Below, one piece after another: positions 61,355 to 64,000 of a DNA stretch of 64,000 nt. Origin of the DNA: Chitinivibrionales bacterium (GTDB taxonomy: Bacteria; Fibrobacterota; Chitinivibrionia; Chitinivibrionales; WJMI01); assembly GCA_014728015.1 (NCBI GenBank), contig WJMI01000305.1, positions 6,192 through 70,191 of the forward strand, given 5' to 3'. Below the pieces are notes generated by a model. That model made no database searches, had not been told where the DNA came from, and was given only the letters and a program-made list of their open reading frames with translations. The first letter of the stretch is position 1, and each line of letters starts with the position of its first letter. A program made the position numbers and the translations under genes.

Positions 61355-62536
61355 ATGGTTAAACAGGTTGTTGTCGAGGAACCGGTCGTGCACTCATCGT
61401 TTGCCACCGATACCGGGGCGCGAGAGTCGTATCTGATTGTCGGCACCGAGGCGCACGCGACATTCGCTGCGGCGCTCGAGGAGCTGGATCGCAATTACGC
61501 GCGCGCGCTCGAGCAGCAGGACCTGACTGATGATACGCTGGTTTTCACCCGCGTGTTTCTCAGCGATATCCAGAACCAGAAAGACGAATTCCGCTCGTCG
61601 AAGATATACACGCATATCAAAAGCGGCGCGGTCTCAATTATCGAACAAACGCCGCTGCAAGGGGGCGCGGTCAGCCTGCTGTGCTATCATATCTCCGATG
61701 ACCGCCCGGTCTCCGGCAAGGCGGTCCTCAACCACAGTATCGACGGCTGGCGCAACGGCCTGGTGTATACCGGCATGCATTACGCGGCGGTCTGGACCGG
61801 CAGCTATGCCGGGTACGGCGATTTTGATGCAAAGCTGCAGACCCAGGAGCTCCTGACCGCCTATTCCCGCGAGCTCGAGCGCCAGGGGATGAGCCTGCTT
61901 CAAAACGGCGTGCGCACGTGGATTTACGTGCGCGACATCGACAATCACTACGGCGGCATGGTGCGCGCCCGCCGGGAATTTTTCGAGCATCAGGGACTGA
62001 CCACCCGCTCGCGGTTTCTGGCATCGACCGGCATCGAGGGGAAAAGCAAGGAGATTGATTCCCTGGTGACCATGGATGCCTTGTCCTATTCCAACCTGCA
62101 GGAGGGACAGATTGAAAGAATGGAGGCGCTCGACAACATGTCGCCCACCATCCGCTACGGGGTAACATTCGAGCGGGGGCTGCGCGTGAAGTTCGGCGAT
62201 CGCTCGCACCTCTACGTGTCGGGAACCGCCAGTATCGACCGCCACGGCGACGTGCTCCATATCGGGGATATCCGCAAGCAGACCGAGCGCGCGATAGACA
62301 ATGTCAGGGCGTTGCTGTCGCCGCACAACGCGACCCTCAATGATATGGCCTACCTTATCGTGTACCTCAGAGACCCGAAATTCCTTTCCGGCGTGATGGA
62401 AATCGCGGAGCGCGAAGTGCCTGCCGGCATTCCACTCATTGCCGTGCGGGGGTCGGTGTGCCGGCCCACCTGGCTTGTCGAATTCGAAGGCGTCGGTATA
62501 GTCAAAGACTCGAACCCGTACCCCCCGTTCATCTGA
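61355..62536 (+). CDS. RidA/YjgF-fold protein, chorismatase (FkbO/Hyg5/XanB2)-like
   Basis: RFLASTGIEG and HLYVSGTASIDRHGDVLHIGDIRKQTERAIDNVRALL resemble the chorismatase signature as I recall it. Repeated RidA-like lobes (TRVFLSDIQN, TWIYVRDIDN, LIVYLRD). Confidence 0.45.
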   Translation: MVKQVVVEEPVVHSSFATDTGARESYLIVGTEAHATFAAALEELDRNYARALEQQDLTDDTLVFTRVFLSDIQNQKDEFRSSKIYTHIKSGAVSIIEQTPLQGGAVSLLCYHISDDRPVSGKAVLNHSIDGWRNGLVYTGMHYAAVWTGSYAGYGDFDAKLQTQELLTAYSRELERQGMSLLQNGVRTWIYVRDIDNHYGGMVRARREFFEHQGLTTRSRFLASTGIEGKSKEIDSLVTMDALSYSNLQEGQIERMEALDNMSPTIRYGVTFERGLRVKFGDRSHLYVSGTASIDRHGDVLHIGDIRKQTERAIDNVRALLSPHNATLNDMAYLIVYLRDPKFLSGVMEIAEREVPAGIPLIAVRGSVCRPTWLVEFEGVGIVKDSNPYPPFI

Positions 62537-62626
62537 GCCGCGCCGCGCTTGACTCTGCGGAGCGGGTTCACCTAGTTTACCAGTGATCCCTTTTCTCGCG
62601 CGTATCGCAGTGGGCAGGGCTGTCCG

Positions 62627-63739
62627 GTGAACACTACCCGCATTCAAAATCTTCCCGCAGTACGGCTGCTTTTGTCGCTTCGCACGACAGTGGCATGCCT
62701 GTTTTTGCTTGCCGTTCTCGTGCTATGGGGCACGTTCTACCAGGTTGATCACGGGCTGTATGCGGCGCAGGAGCGGTTCTTTCATTCGTGGATCCTGCTC
62801 GTCTGGGGCGTGGTGCCGTTTCCCGGCGCGAAACTGGTGGTGGCGGTGCTCTCGGCAAACCTGATGCTGTCGATTCTGTTCAGGTTTGTCCGCGACTACC
62901 GGCTCGCCGGACTGCTGGTCGTGCACCTGGGCATTGCGCTTCTGTTCGCATCGTCGGCGTTCACCTACTACTTTGCCGAAGAATCCTTTGTTACGCTGGC
63001 CGAGGGCGGGGTGACAAGCTCGGCGCTCAGCTATCACGATTGGGAGCTGGCTGCTCTGTCGAGCGCGCATCCGCGCGCGATTGATGAACCCGATGCGGAA
63101 ACCGTCACACTCGCGGGCGCACGAAGCGGATCGCGGCTGGTACTGCAAAACGAGAACCTCGAAGTCCGGGTGCTGGAATTCCATGCCAACTGCGAAGCGC
63201 TCGGGCGGGGGAGCGTGGATTCGCTCGTGCCGAAGCGGCCTTTGGCGCAGCCCGCCGAGAACATTCCGTGCCTGGCCGCCGAAGTGCGCGCGCTCGGCGA
63301 TGCAGCCGGAAGCACGCGTACGGTCAGGCTGCACGGCGCGGACCCGCGTCCGGCGCCGGTGGTGGCGGGCGGCAAGGTCACCTACCTGGCGCTTCGCAGA
63401 CGGCGCATACCGCTTCCCGCACGTGTCCGCCTGGTCGACTTTACCCGCACCCGGCATCCGGGCACCAGCATTGCGAAGAGCTTCGAGAGCCGCCTGCGCA
63501 TCACGGGCGAGGGTATCGACCGCGAAGTGGCCGTTTCGATGAACCGCCCGTTTCGTCACGGGGCATTCACCTTTTTTCAAACGTCGTATGCGGAGACCGA
63601 GGCGGGCGAGATGTCCACGCTTGCCGTGGTGAAGAACACCGGGAGGCTTCTTCCGTATATCGCAAGCATTGCCATCGCCCTGGGCATGCTTCTGCATTAC
63701 CTGTTTCGCGCCATGACAAGAAAAAGGAAGAAGGATTGA
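62627..63739 (+). CDS. resB: Cytochrome c biogenesis protein ResB/Ccs1 (system II)
   Basis: GTG start. N-terminal TM segment followed by WGTFYQ. Large loop, then VSMNRPFRHGAFTFFQTSY and a final TM segment, LPYIASIAIALGMLLHY. Immediately followed by a CcsA-like gene. Confidence 0.75.
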   Translation: MNTTRIQNLPAVRLLLSLRTTVACLFLLAVLVLWGTFYQVDHGLYAAQERFFHSWILLVWGVVPFPGAKLVVAVLSANLMLSILFRFVRDYRLAGLLVVHLGIALLFASSAFTYYFAEESFVTLAEGGVTSSALSYHDWELAALSSAHPRAIDEPDAETVTLAGARSGSRLVLQNENLEVRVLEFHANCEALGRGSVDSLVPKRPLAQPAENIPCLAAEVRALGDAAGSTRTVRLHGADPRPAPVVAGGKVTYLALRRRRIPLPARVRLVDFTRTRHPGTSIAKSFESRLRITGEGIDREVAVSMNRPFRHGAFTFFQTSYAETEAGEMSTLAVVKNTGRLLPYIASIAIALGMLLHYLFRAMTRKRKKD

Positions 63740-63743
63740 GGCG

Positions 63744-64000
63744 ATGAGCAACCGGCGCGCACTGCCGCGAACGCTTCGGGGCGTCATTGGCGCAGTCCTT
63801 GTCGTGACATGCACGGCGGGCGTTGTCTTGGGCGCTGACAGGCCCGTAGATGTCGATGCTCTTGCGCGGATTGTTGTGCTTGACGGGGGGCGGCAGAAGC
63901 CGCTCGACACCTATGCCCGCGCGCGCCTGCTGCAGCTCTCGGGGCGCAAGACCGTGGCCGGTACGCCGGCCATCGCGTGGCTCGCCGCGCTGCTGTTCGA
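63744..64000 (+). CDS. ccsA: Cytochrome c assembly protein CcsA/ResC-like, N-terminal part (runs off the right edge)
   Basis: My translation from the ATG at 63744: MSNRRALPRTLRGVIGAVLVVTCTAGVVLG...GGRQKPLDTYARARLLQLSGRKTV... The PLDT(F/Y)AR motif and the position directly after resB fit CcsA-type proteins. Confidence 0.55.
   Translation, partial: MSNRRALPRTLRGVIGAVLVVTCTAGVVLGADRPVDVDALARIVVLDGGRQKPLDTYARARLLQLSGRKTVAGTPAIAWLAALLF

Noticed and set aside
1-64000. CRISPR arrays, tRNA/rRNA genes, transposases, integrases, phage or defence-system genes
   Set aside because: I looked for regularly spaced direct repeats, cloverleaf-like segments in the AT-richer spacers (7712-8084, 12194-12836, 53804-54210, 56935-57262), and DDE, tyrosine or serine recombinase motifs in all long ORFs. 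I found none. The repeats present are pairs, not arrays.

Overview
GC-rich, gene-dense window with about 42 protein genes and short intergenic gaps. I saw no rRNA, tRNA, CRISPR array, transposase or integrase.

Positions 1 to ~56.9 kb form one very large carbohydrate-active locus built from repeated paralogous modules:
- two kinds of right-handed beta-helix proteins (2 + 3 copies)
- three GH63-like (alpha/alpha)6 hydrolases, one fused to PA14
- two GH30-like clan GH-A hydrolases
- three TolB/PD40-like propellers
- two HzsA-related propellers carrying CxxCH haem motifs
- two secreted nucleoside-hydrolase-fold proteins
- two CBM-like two-module proteins
- two 400-aa proteins of unknown function
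- a GH27 alpha-galactosidase inactivated by an internal deletion

About 21 of the exported proteins end in the same ~70-aa tail, which looks like the type A T9SS C-terminal sorting domain. The locus has no SusC/SusD pair or any other transporter.

Regulation appears to rest on four paralogous regulators with an unusual architecture (two tandem GntR-type winged helices plus a LacI/PBP1-like sensor) and two AraC-type regulators.

The right end (57-64 kb) is a separate block. It holds two tiny SD-preceded ORFs, a small YD-repeat-like T9SS protein translationally coupled to a beta-propeller/di-haem cytochrome c peroxidase fusion, an outer-membrane beta-barrel, a RidA-fold chorismatase-like protein, and system II cytochrome c biogenesis genes (ResB, CcsA partial).

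Non-coding structure worth attention:
- an exact 38-bp direct repeat bracketing a 5.5-kb three-gene module
- a 73-nt two-hairpin terminator element that is near-identical behind two otherwise diverged paralogs
- an exact 10-mer, CCCCTATATT, found four times in promoter position
- a 22-bp palindrome carrying back-to-back TATAAT boxes between a regulator and its neighbour
- a family of GGGGACGG/CCGTCCCC inverted repeats in four intergenic regions

All functional calls come from reading the translated ORFs and recalling motifs. No database search was run.
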